From a virus (Duplodnaviria > Caudoviricetes): 32,909 nucleotides of DNA. The position numbers and the translations under genes are program-made. The stretch is taken from positions 1-32,909 of IMG/VR virus record IMGVR_UViG_3300036833_000578. One strand, 5' to 3'. This document shows, piece after piece, positions 1-8,153 of the stretch (its first letter is position 1; every line of letters starts with the position of its first letter). The notes under the pieces are model-generated. The model did not search any database. It was given only the letters and a program-made list of their open reading frames with translations, and was not told where the DNA came from.

Positions 1-486
1 TCACGAGTCGCGGGTCCCCACGGTTCCCGGCCCGACCCGCTGCTGGACATCCTTACGCAGATCCGCGTAGCGATCGCCCAGTGACACGCCAAAGATGCGC
101 CGGCCGCGGCATATGGTGAAGTGCGGGGCCTGGCCGGCGACCCTGAGGGCCTCCATCTTGAGCCGCAGCCGCCCGGCGTCGCGCGGGTGATTGAGCACGC
201 ACCACAGTGCGGCAATCGTGAGGGCCCGGATCCTGTTGCGGTCAAACCGGGCCATCGCCGTGTCGAGCTGTGTCATCGTGGCGGCGCGCAGGCTCGCCCC
301 ATCGGTGCCGGTGTGCTCGGCCTCGAAGTCCGTCGCAAACCTCCGCAGCGCCGCGTCGAGGGCGCGGTCTTCGATCGAGATAGTGACCGCCTGGTGGTGT
401 GGCCAGAGCTCGATGGTGATCGCGGTCCAGCCCGGATCGGCGCGCCAGCTGGCGAGCTTTTTGGTGCTCATCCATTCAACCGGCAT
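1..486 (-). CDS. hypothetical protein
   Basis: 161-aa ORF whose start overlaps the stop of the upstream minus-strand ORF at 486; no family recognised. Confidence 0.6.
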   Translation of the reverse strand: MPVEWMSTKKLASWRADPGWTAITIELWPHHQAVTISIEDRALDAALRRFATDFEAEHTGTDGASLRAATMTQLDTAMARFDRNRIRALTIAALWCVLNHPRDAGRLRLKMEALRVAGQAPHFTICRGRRIFGVSLGDRYADLRKDVQQRVGPGTVGTRDS

Positions 487-650
487 CAGAGGACCCCGCG
501 CAACAGCGCACCGATAAAAACGCCGAGCAGAAAGATCGCCGAACCATGCAGCGCCATCATCCGGGTCGTATAGGGCGGCGGCATGTCGCGCATCTCGTCG
601 ATGCGGCGCTCGAGCCTCTTGAGCTGGAGCTCGAAACGATCCTCGTTCAT
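486..650 (-). CDS. small coiled-coil protein with C-terminal transmembrane helix
   Basis: Probable start MNEDRFELQLKRLERRIDEM; ends in hydrophobic SAIFLLGVFIGALLRGVL. Confidence 0.55.
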   Translation of the reverse strand: MNEDRFELQLKRLERRIDEMRDMPPPYTTRMMALHGSAIFLLGVFIGALLRGVL

Positions 651-896
651 CGCGGGCGCAGCGGCCGCGGCCGTTTGGCGTTCTCGCCGTCTTCGCACCA
701 CTTCTGCAGGATGTAGCCGATGGTTGCCGCGCGCGACGGCGAGATCGGTTGCGCCAGACGCCATTCGTCGATCTTGTCGATGATCTCCTGGTCGACGCGG
801 ATATCGAGATGCCCAGCTTTCATGTGGCCGTCCTCTTAACGGGTGTCCGTCCGTAATATCGGGCATCTCTTCCAAGTTTTCAAGGAGAAGGCGCTA

Positions 897-2276
897 ATGG
901 GCTGGCAAAGCGGGACCTTTCACCGGCTCTATTCGTGGAACGCGGACGCCAATGCCGGGCTCGACATCCTGGCGCCGCGGATGGACTCGGATACCGACGA
1001 CATCGCCAACGGGATCTCGAACTGTATCGCGCGCGACGGGCAGAATGTGCCGCTCGCCAATCTGTCGATGGGCGGCTTCAAGCACACCGGCGTGGCTCAG
1101 GGGTCGAACCCGACCGACTATGCGCGGTTTGATCAGGTCGTGCTGAACACCGGCAACTCGACGATCACCGGTAGTCTGACGGTCACCGGCGCAACCACAC
1201 TCAGCGGCGGCGCAACACTTACCGGCGGCCTGACGGTCGACAATTTCAATGATACCGGTCCGGCGCAAGTCGGCGGCCCGCTCCACGCCAATGGTAGTCT
1301 CAGCGTTTTGAACGGGGCGACGACCGACAGCCTTGCCGTGACCGGCTCGGGAAGCGTTAACGGGAACTGGAATGTCGGGACCAATCTGACCGTCAGCAAT
1401 TATGCCCAATTGCCGCTGACCGACATCACCGGGCCCGCGACCCTGGATTCGTCCGTCCGGGTCGCCGGCGCGACCACGCTCAGCGGCGGCGCGAACATCA
1501 CCGGCGGCGCGACGACCGATCAGCTTTCCGTGACCGGCCCCGCCAGTGTCGGCGGTAATCTCAATGTCAACGGTGCCGCCTCTGTGGTCGGCGGTCTGAC
1601 CAGCGGCGGTCTGACCGTCAACGGCGGAGCCACGGTCAATGGGCCGCTGGTCGGGGCGGTCGACCGCATCATTTCGGTAGGCACCAACGCGCCCAGCCTG
1701 GCGGTGTACAACAGCACCGCCGGGGCGGGGTCTTGCCTGTGGATCGGCACCGGCGGTCTCAATTTTGGCCTGTCCGACAGCACCGGCACCCCGACGACGG
1801 CGTGGGGGTATTTCGACGCCAGCGGCAATTTCAACCTCGACTTTGGCCTGAACGTCACGGGTTATGCGAGCCTGAACGGCGGCTTGCGGGTCCAGAATGG
1901 CGATCTCAACGTCTATGGCAACGCCTACAAGCCCGGCGGTGGCGCATGGGGCGACACTGCTTCGGATGTGCGGCTCAAACAGAACATCGCGGATTACCCG
2001 GCGGGGCTCTCCGCGATCCGCCGATTGCGCCCGGTGTCGTACCAGTTCAACGGGCTCGGGGACACGATCGCCGATGGCAAAACCTATTACGGGCTGGTGG
2101 CGCAGGATGTTGTCGACATCATGCCGGAAATGGTCAGCCAGAGGCTGACCGAGCGCCACGGCGAGCCGGTCTCGTCTTACTACTACACGCTGGACGCCAC
2201 ACCGCTGCTCTACGCCCTGGTGAACGGGTTAAAAGAGGTGGTTGAGCGCCTCGAGGCGCTGGAAATTCGCACATAA
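897..2276 (+). CDS. tail fibre/spike with C-terminal intramolecular chaperone (peptidase S74)
   Basis: RBS AAGGAG precedes ATG 897; G/T/V/N-rich beta repeats (GATTLSGGA twice); S74 signature SDVRLKQNI...LRPVSYQF...GLVAQDV...PEMV followed by a coiled coil. Confidence 0.9.
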   Translation: MGWQSGTFHRLYSWNADANAGLDILAPRMDSDTDDIANGISNCIARDGQNVPLANLSMGGFKHTGVAQGSNPTDYARFDQVVLNTGNSTITGSLTVTGATTLSGGATLTGGLTVDNFNDTGPAQVGGPLHANGSLSVLNGATTDSLAVTGSGSVNGNWNVGTNLTVSNYAQLPLTDITGPATLDSSVRVAGATTLSGGANITGGATTDQLSVTGPASVGGNLNVNGAASVVGGLTSGGLTVNGGATVNGPLVGAVDRIISVGTNAPSLAVYNSTAGAGSCLWIGTGGLNFGLSDSTGTPTTAWGYFDASGNFNLDFGLNVTGYASLNGGLRVQNGDLNVYGNAYKPGGGAWGDTASDVRLKQNIADYPAGLSAIRRLRPVSYQFNGLGDTIADGKTYYGLVAQDVVDIMPEMVSQRLTERHGEPVSSYYYTLDATPLLYALVNGLKEVVERLEALEIRT

Positions 2277-2286
2277 AGGAGGAGAG

Positions 2287-2664
2287 ATGGCCAAGGGTCG
2301 ACATCATCCCGAGCGCAACGAACGGCTCGAGGAAGACCGCCGCCACGAGGACGAGCGCGAGATTCAGGAAGAGCGCGAGGAACGCGAAGGCCAGGCAGAG
2401 GCGAGCGAGCGCCTCGAAGAGCAGACCATGCGGGCGGGTGAGCCGACACCGGTGCCGGCCGAAGTTCACGAGGGCGAGCCGGTGTTGCGGCCGGGCTCGG
2501 AGCGGGGTGAATCCCGGCCGCTGATACCGCTGGCTCCGCAGCGGGCAGAGCCGGCGACGTCCGAGGAGCCGCCGATCGCCGTCTTGCCGGACAACGAGCC
2601 CTTGATGTTGCCGCCGGTGCCGGCGCCGGTGCCGGCCGACAAGCCGCTCGAGCCGGCTCCCTGA
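2287..2664 (+). CDS. hypothetical low-complexity (E/R-rich, then P-rich) protein
   Basis: Strong RBS AAGGAGGAG before ATG 2287. Confidence 0.7.
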   Translation: MAKGRHHPERNERLEEDRRHEDEREIQEEREEREGQAEASERLEEQTMRAGEPTPVPAEVHEGEPVLRPGSERGESRPLIPLAPQRAEPATSEEPPIAVLPDNEPLMLPPVPAPVPADKPLEPAP

Positions 2665-3266
2665 GCGGGCTGCCTCCGGGGATCGTCGATAAGCTTTTCG
2701 GTTGGATCGACAAGCCGTGGAAGATTGCCGCGGCGGTGATCCTCGGGCTGACGGCGATCGCCGGCATCACCTTGTGGGAACGTCGCGCCTCGGTTGCCGA
2801 GGCGATACTGGAGAACTGGGTCAAGCCATCCCTGCGCCCGGATGCCTTTCCCAAGCTCGCAGCGAAATTGATGGACGACACCGGGGCCGAGATCGTGATC
2901 CTGGCCGAGGTCGCGATCCGCTCCAATGTGATCAAGAACATCGACGGGCGGCGGCGGAACAACGCCGGCTGGACGCCGGCAGTCAATCCGCGGCCGCTCT
3001 ATGCCTCGATCCGCGATCCGGCCCGCTATGCGGCCTTTATCGAGGGCCGGCCGGTGTGTCACGACATCGACCCGAGCTCCGGCGAAGAGGAGCGGGCCGA
3101 GGCGGCGCTCGGGGTGAAACGGCGTTGCTATATCGCGGTCCCGCCCCTTCTCGACAGCCTGGTCGGGATCTTGGCGATCGGCTGGGCTTCACCGCCTTCG
3201 GGCGAGGCCGAGGCCGGAGCCTCTGCGCTGCTCTACACCGCCGCGACGCAACTGGCGTCCTGGTGA
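2661..3266 (+). CDS. membrane-anchored GAF-like protein, possible T4 gpT-type holin (likely CTG start at 2661)
   Basis: One N-terminal TM helix (KIAAAVILGLTAIAGITLW) plus a soluble domain with two Cys and a GAF-like CYIAVPP..LVGILAIGW; lies at the end of the tail module. Confidence 0.5.
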   Translation: MSGLPPGIVDKLFGWIDKPWKIAAAVILGLTAIAGITLWERRASVAEAILENWVKPSLRPDAFPKLAAKLMDDTGAEIVILAEVAIRSNVIKNIDGRRRNNAGWTPAVNPRPLYASIRDPARYAAFIEGRPVCHDIDPSSGEEERAEAALGVKRRCYIAVPPLLDSLVGILAIGWASPPSGEAEAGASALLYTAATQLASW

Positions 3267-3367
3267 GCTCACCACATGCCGAAAATCGTCATCCAAAAGA
3301 GGACCGAGAGCGCCACAGCGATTATAAAGCCTTCGGCTGCACGTAGCGGCCGACTACCTCCCTGACT

Positions 3368-3401
3368 GGGGGATCGCCTTTGGCGGTCCCTCATTTTTTT
3401 T
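3368..3401 (+). terminator. rho-independent terminator
   Basis: GGGATCGCC-TTT-GGCGGTCCC hairpin followed by a T8 run, between convergent gene blocks. Confidence 0.85.
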
Positions 3402-3418
3402 GCCCGCTATTCGGGCGA

Positions 3419-4210
3419 CTATGCTTCGCCGATATCTTCAGCCGGACCGCCGCAGTAAAGACAGGCCGGTGGCTCGGTGATTGGCGGCTCGGCGTTTGGT
3501 AGATAGTTCCAAAGAAAGTCCCGGCATCGGGTCTGTTCCCGAGCTACGCAGTGCGCATGGCGCACGGCGGCTCCGGGGATGCCGCAAAAGATGCCCGGGA
3601 TTTCGAAGGGTCGCGCCCCCGCGTCGGACGTGAGCATTGCTGGGCCGATATCCTCGGCGGGTCCGTTACAATAAAGACAGATCGGCGGCTCGGTGACCGG
3701 TGGGTCGGCCCGTGGCCGGTATGTCCAAAGAAATGACCGGCATCCGGTCCGTTTCCGATCTACGCACTGCGCATAGCGCCCAAAGACCGGTCCCTCTTTG
3801 GCGACCCTGGCGCGCACCTCGGCGGCTTCTTCGGGCGACAAAAACGGGACATCCTCGTCGAGGCGCTCGATGTCTTCGAAAGTCTCGAATTTTCCCCGCT
3901 CGACGTTGCCATGACGGGCGTTGATCGCGTCCTTGCCGAGATGGGCGGCGAGCTCGATCGCGCAGTCCGCATGCAAGCCGATGATCACCCCGTGGTCCTC
4001 CTGGGTGCGGCCGGAGCCGTGCCAGATGACGATCGGCTTTCTTAGTGCCATACCCTCGGTGCCGGGCCATACGGCGGTGAGGGCAGCAGCCGTCCGGCTG
4101 ATTTCGGCTAACGGGTCGCCGCAGTAAAAGCAGCACTCTGGCGGGTCGCCGTGGACCGCGGCGGCCGTCGACTCGTCGTCGGGGAACAAGCTTAGATCAA
4201 CTGCGGTCAT
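3419..4210 (-). CDS. Cys-rich putative zinc-binding protein with a duplicated C-terminal module
   Basis: N-terminal CFYC...HADC; two copies of C-x7-CRxFLWxYxPxAxPPxTEPPxCLYCxGPAEDIG. Confidence 0.75.
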   Translation of the reverse strand: MTAVDLSLFPDDESTAAAVHGDPPECCFYCGDPLAEISRTAAALTAVWPGTEGMALRKPIVIWHGSGRTQEDHGVIIGLHADCAIELAAHLGKDAINARHGNVERGKFETFEDIERLDEDVPFLSPEEAAEVRARVAKEGPVFGRYAQCVDRKRTGCRSFLWTYRPRADPPVTEPPICLYCNGPAEDIGPAMLTSDAGARPFEIPGIFCGIPGAAVRHAHCVAREQTRCRDFLWNYLPNAEPPITEPPACLYCGGPAEDIGEA

Positions 4211-4234
4211 CTATCCCTCCTCTGGTTTAAGCAT

Positions 4235-4537
4235 TTGGGTCAGTTTGACGCTTGGTGTGCGCTTAGGCGATGGGGTGTGCGCTTAGACGATAGGGACGAG
4301 GGCATGGCTAAGACCAAAGACGAGAACGGGAAGGTCCCGGACGAGCTCTTTCGCCGGGTGTGGGGTCCGGTGCTCAATATCGACGACTGGGATGAGTGGG
4401 TGTTGGCGCCGGGAGCGCTGAACTTCACCGACGCCGAGACATGGGCGAAGGACCGCGGCAGCCCGGAGATCCTTCCGCTGAGCAGCGGGCAGACCTTGGT
4501 GCGGGTGCGGGGTGGCCGGCAACAGCGGGCGTCCTAA
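4235..4537 (+). CDS. hypothetical protein (likely start ATG 4304)
   Basis: GAGG before MAKTKDENG; converges on a minus-strand ORF. Confidence 0.5.
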   Translation: MGQFDAWCALRRWGVRLDDRDEGMAKTKDENGKVPDELFRRVWGPVLNIDDWDEWVLAPGALNFTDAETWAKDRGSPEILPLSSGQTLVRVRGGRQQRAS

Positions 4538-4689
4538 CGCACCGACGTCACGCGATAGGCCGATTGCCGGCGGTTGGTGACCACGTAGTCGATCCAGCCG
4601 CGCAATCTGAGCTCGCGCAAGATGCGGCTCGGACTGTCCGGGGAAAAATCACATTCGAGCTCCTGCAGGTACGTGCGCAGATCCTCCAT
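4534..4689 (-). CDS. small winged-helix-like protein (not in ORF track, 51 aa)
   Basis: AGGAG RBS, then MEDLRTYLQELECDFSPDSPSRILRELRLRGWIDYVVTNRRQSAYRVTSVR, which has a helix-LxxxGxI-wing pattern. Confidence 0.55.
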   Translation of the reverse strand: MEDLRTYLQELECDFSPDSPSRILRELRLRGWIDYVVTNRRQSAYRVTSVR

Positions 4690-4735
4690 GTGAAACTCCT
4701 GGTGCTCACGACAACTCCGGCGGGTCGCCGGGCAT

Positions 4736-5065
4736 TTATTTGGCCTCGCGCGGCCGCCTCCGGCGGCGGTGGGAGAGGAACTCCTCGGCCTCGGGGGGAT
4801 CAGGCGGCGGCGCCTCGTGGGCCGCCAGGCGGGCCGCCAGGGCTCCTAGCGGCTCGGTCCCGAGCTCCTTGGCGAGCCGGTCGAGGCGCTGGGCCATACG
4901 GATCAGCCCATAGTCGATCTTGAAGGGATCGGTCTTGGGCGGATGAAAGGTCTTCGAGAGTTCCTCGAGAGACTCGGCCAGCCGCAGCAGCGCGTAGGCG
5001 AGCGCAAAGCCGGCGCCGTCCTCGTCATGCGACCGATCGCGAAAATAGGTCAGGAGTTCGGTCAT
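4736..5065 (-). CDS. hypothetical protein
   Basis: 109-aa helical ORF in the leftward operon downstream of the Cro-like gene. Confidence 0.6.
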   Translation of the reverse strand: MTELLTYFRDRSHDEDGAGFALAYALLRLAESLEELSKTFHPPKTDPFKIDYGLIRMAQRLDRLAKELGTEPLGALAARLAAHEAPPPDPPEAEEFLSHRRRRRPREAK

Positions 5066-5339
5066 CGCGCTGCTGCCGTGGTTTGCTGGGATGACGTGGT
5101 GCTGGCGGTGGATAGACGTCCGGCCGCAACAGCCACCGCTTACAGGTTGGGAACATCTTCTCGATCGTCAGCACGTGGTGAACCGGGACTCGAGTCCAAT
5201 TGGTTACGGCCGTGCCGCTGATGCCGAGGCGCCGGCCGAGCTCGTTAAAGCCGCAGGCCGCCTGGACCGCGAGCTCGATGCCCGGGTCTTCACGTTCTCT
5301 CGGGACTTTCCCGGTGTAGGCGATGCGTCCTCGCGCCAT
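5025..5339 (-). CDS. Cro/YdaS-like HTH transcriptional regulator
   Basis: AVQAACGFNELGRRLGISGTAVTNWTRVP...IE...LRPDVY is the Cro/YdaS pattern; AAGGA RBS before ATG 5339. Confidence 0.85.
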   Translation of the reverse strand: MARGRIAYTGKVPREREDPGIELAVQAACGFNELGRRLGISGTAVTNWTRVPVHHVLTIEKMFPTCKRWLLRPDVYPPPAPRHPSKPRQQRDDRTPDLFSRSVA

Positions 5340-5500
5340 GGTCTCGGGTTCCTTTCGTACTTGTGCCCGGAAGGGCGGGCAGATCATTTAGCGAACACTG
5401 GGTTCCTGATCAAGCGAATAAGTCTGGGGACAAATTTGCTACTTGACAACCGTTTCTGTTGGCTGCTGTGCTAATGGATCGTTGGTTGGGGGAAAAGCCA
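5340..5500. promoter_or_regulatory. divergent promoter region
   Basis: AT-richer gap between divergent operons; TTGACA at 5443-5448, but the matching -10 is unclear. Confidence 0.45.
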
Positions 5501-5848
5501 ATGTCAGAACGCATCAAACTGCCGCCGCGCCGGCAGATCGTCACCGCTCGGTTGGCTGATCCGCTGACCGGGCACTGGCACCTGACCACAGGTTTTGACC
5601 TGATGGGGAAGGTGCGCGAGATCTTTCTCGACCATGCAGGACATGCCGGCGAGCCGTTCGATGCGCTGATTCACGACGCCTGCATCATCTTCAGCCGCGA
5701 CGCTTTGCAGCGAGGCTGCACCGCGGCTGACCTCGCCCGCAATCTCAGCGAACGGCCACCGTCGCTCTTTGCCCAAGCATTTACGATCGCCGCGGCCCTC
5801 GAGGCCGAGGTCGGACCCACACTTCCCCACGGAGGAAGCAATGGCTAG
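5501..5848 (+). CDS. stand-alone TSCPD-like domain protein (similar to class II RNR C-terminus)
   Basis: RIKLPPRR...GKVREIFL..G...ALIHDACIIFS..LQRG pattern. Confidence 0.65.
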   Translation: MSERIKLPPRRQIVTARLADPLTGHWHLTTGFDLMGKVREIFLDHAGHAGEPFDALIHDACIIFSRDALQRGCTAADLARNLSERPPSLFAQAFTIAAALEAEVGPTLPHGGSNG

Positions 5849-6041
5849 AGGAAGCACGCGAGGACCGACACCATCCTCGCGCATCGGCGGGGTGCGTACC
5901 TACCAGCTGTCGACCAGCTTTGCGCGCTCCAGGGCGCAAGGAGCCTCTCGTTTTAGCCGGCCGTCGGCAAAGCTGCTGCGTGCCGGGCGCGCTCTGGGTC
6001 ATCCGCGGCCGGACGGGAAACCAGAGCCAAGCGAGCGGTGA
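5841..6041 (+). CDS. small basic (R/S/G-rich) protein
   Basis: GGAGG RBS before MARGSTRG; overlaps the previous stop. Confidence 0.55.
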   Translation: MARGSTRGPTPSSRIGGVRTYQLSTSFARSRAQGASRFSRPSAKLLRAGRALGHPRPDGKPEPSER

Positions 6042-6071
6042 ATGGCGACCCGGTCGGGAACCGGGTCAGGC

Positions 6072-6548
6072 ATGCAGCAGCATACACTGGTCCTCGGTCT
6101 CGAGGATCAGCGACGGATCAAAGAGCTGATTGCGCGAGCGGCTGCCCGGCCGCTGACCCGTGAGACTGTGATGAGCCAGATCATGATCCGCCGCCGGGGG
6201 GGGCGGGTGGCGCTCGATCCCACCCGCTGCGTGATGGTGCCCGAAGGTTACCTCGTCGCGTTCTGGCTCGAAGATGCACCCGAATGTGGTCTTGCCCGCC
6301 ACTTGGCGGTCAGCTGCGGCACCGGACTGCCCAACCATTCGGCGCTGCTCATGCTGCTGCGCGAATTCGGGTTTGTCGGAAAGATCTCCGAGCAATGGAA
6401 TTTGGCCTGGCTCGAACCGGTCAGCGGCCGCGGTCGCGCGGTGCATCTGGTCGAGCCGGTCGGGGTTGGCGAATTTGGCGCGACGATCAACCCGGATGAG
6501 ATCGTCCCGCCGTCTCCCGACGAGATCGAGGAGGACGACGCGGAGTGA
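6072..6548 (+). CDS. hypothetical protein, paralogue of 28073..28492
   Basis: Shares RHxxxS, PNH, xxGFxG, AWxE and GRAxxLV motifs with that ORF. Confidence 0.75.
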   Translation: MQQHTLVLGLEDQRRIKELIARAAARPLTRETVMSQIMIRRRGGRVALDPTRCVMVPEGYLVAFWLEDAPECGLARHLAVSCGTGLPNHSALLMLLREFGFVGKISEQWNLAWLEPVSGRGRAVHLVEPVGVGEFGATINPDEIVPPSPDEIEEDDAE

Positions 6549-6739
6549 AACGACGCTGGAACGAACGGCAGGATAAAGCGCTCGCCCTGCGCCAGGCCGG
6601 GCTCGATTTCTCCTCGATCGCGGCAAAGATCGAACGCCTCGACGGGGATGGCTGCATTTCCGTGAGGATGGCGCAAATCCTGGTCCGCAAGGCGTCGGAT
6701 CGCGCTCGCCGCCCGCCGAGCTCAAGGAGGGAGGAATGA
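6545..6739 (+). CDS. small HTH-like protein
   Basis: ALALRQAGLDFSSIAAKI...ISVRMAQILV; GTGA/ATGA translational coupling on both sides. Confidence 0.6.
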   Translation: MKRRWNERQDKALALRQAGLDFSSIAAKIERLDGDGCISVRMAQILVRKASDRARRPPSSRREE

Positions 6740-7020
6740 GCGAGCCGAAATATTGGATGAACGAAACCACCGGCGTGTTGCGGCCGGCGATCATGGCGCT
6801 GGTCGACGGCAGCACGCTGACCCAGGCGCAGCTCGCGACGTTGCGCGGTTACTTTCATGCATGGCTCGACTCGCCGGTCTGGGATCAAAACCCGACCGCC
6901 GACGAGAGCGACAAGGTCTGGCTCGCTGCGCGTCGTGCGGAGATCGACGGGCTGACCGATCGAGAGAAGGTCGAGAGCTGGGTCGATGCGCTCATCGCTA
7001 GCGGGATGGACCCGCTGTGA
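6736..7020 (+). CDS. hypothetical protein
   Basis: Strong RBS GGAGGGAGG; coupled to both neighbours. Confidence 0.75.
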   Translation: MSEPKYWMNETTGVLRPAIMALVDGSTLTQAQLATLRGYFHAWLDSPVWDQNPTADESDKVWLAARRAEIDGLTDREKVESWVDALIASGMDPL

Positions 7021-8153
7021 AGGGCGAGGCTGGCGAGCTCGCGCGTCATCTCGGCGAGCGGATCGATGCATTGGTGCGCGATTTGCTGCCTCGAGGCAGG
7101 CGGAACGGCATTTGGTGGCGCGTCGGCTCGCTCGCCGGCGAGGAGGGTCAGTCGCTCGCCGTCACCCTCTCCGGGCATCGCCGCGGCCGTTGGACCGATT
7201 GGGAGGCCGACCAGGGTGGTGATGCGCTCGACTTGGTGGCGCAAATCGAGTGCAACGGCGACAAGATCGCGGCGATGGATTGGGCCCGCGATTGGCTCGG
7301 GCTCCCGGCCTTTGATCCGAGCAAACCGCTGGCCGAACGCAAACCGCGGCGGCCGGTGCCGACGGCGACCGATGGCCGGGCCGAGGCCGAGCGGCTGCTC
7401 AAACGCAACCGCAATCGTGCGTCGGAGATCTTCCTCAGCGCCAACCCGGTCGAGCGCGATGATCAGGTATGGCGCTATTTCGCCGGCCGCTCGATTGATC
7501 TCAGCCGGCTGCCGCAGCTGCCGCGCGTGCTGCGCTGTCATCCCAAGCTGTGGAACGAGGAGTCGCAACGCGCCTGGCCGGCGCTGGTGGCGATGATCAC
7601 CGATGTCGAGGGGCGCAACTGCGCGGTGCATCGCACCTGGCTCGAGGAGCGCAATCTCGCGTTTGAAGATGCGCCGATGGTCGGCAAGGCGCCGCTCGAC
7701 GATCCAAAGCTGAGCCTCGGCTCGTTTCGGGGTGGCTACATCCGGCTGTGGCGCGGTGCCGAGCAGCGCAGCTGGAAGTCGTTGCGTCCGGGCGAGCCGT
7801 TGCTGATCGGCGAAGGACTCGAGGACGTGCTCAGCTATCTGCAGTTCGATCCAGAGCCGCGGGCTGCGTGTGCGGTGTCGCTCTCCTTTATGGCGGCGAT
7901 GGAATTGCCGCCGGAATTCACCGAGATCCGCATCCTCGCCCAGCGCGATCCTCGGCTGACACCAAAGGGTCAGAAGATCACCGACGGGCGCACCGTGCAT
8001 CTCTCACCGGCGCGCAAGCTGCTGACGAAGGTGATCAGGCGATTTGAGGGTGAGGGTCGCAAAGTAAAACTCTGGACGCCGCCAGTCTTCGCCAAAGACA
8101 TCAACGAGTACGTCCAACTAATAGCTCGGGAGGGGGTTGTGTATGAGCGATGA
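7017..8153 (+). CDS. Toprim-domain primase-like protein (P4-alpha-like N-terminus)
   Basis: WRVGSLAGEEGQSL..GRWTDW..GGDALDL; WPALVA..AVHRTWL; Toprim IGEGLED. Confidence 0.85.
   Translation: MKGEAGELARHLGERIDALVRDLLPRGRRNGIWWRVGSLAGEEGQSLAVTLSGHRRGRWTDWEADQGGDALDLVAQIECNGDKIAAMDWARDWLGLPAFDPSKPLAERKPRRPVPTATDGRAEAERLLKRNRNRASEIFLSANPVERDDQVWRYFAGRSIDLSRLPQLPRVLRCHPKLWNEESQRAWPALVAMITDVEGRNCAVHRTWLEERNLAFEDAPMVGKAPLDDPKLSLGSFRGGYIRLWRGAEQRSWKSLRPGEPLLIGEGLEDVLSYLQFDPEPRAACAVSLSFMAAMELPPEFTEIRILAQRDPRLTPKGQKITDGRTVHLSPARKLLTKVIRRFEGEGRKVKLWTPPVFAKDINEYVQLIAREGVVYER

Noticed and set aside
894-2159. Long antisense ORFs (also 6885..8000, 22358..23728, 23644..24750, 27169..28344)
   Set aside because: These are shadow frames of well-supported genes in GC-rich DNA, with no motifs or RBS.
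897-2276. Diversity-generating retroelement targeting the tail fibre
   Set aside because: No reverse transcriptase or TR/VR pair in the window; the internal repeats are ordinary beta-repeat units.
3345-3401. Small RNA with anti-Shine-Dalgarno ACCTCC before the terminator
   Set aside because: The motif is short and no promoter was identified; insufficient evidence.
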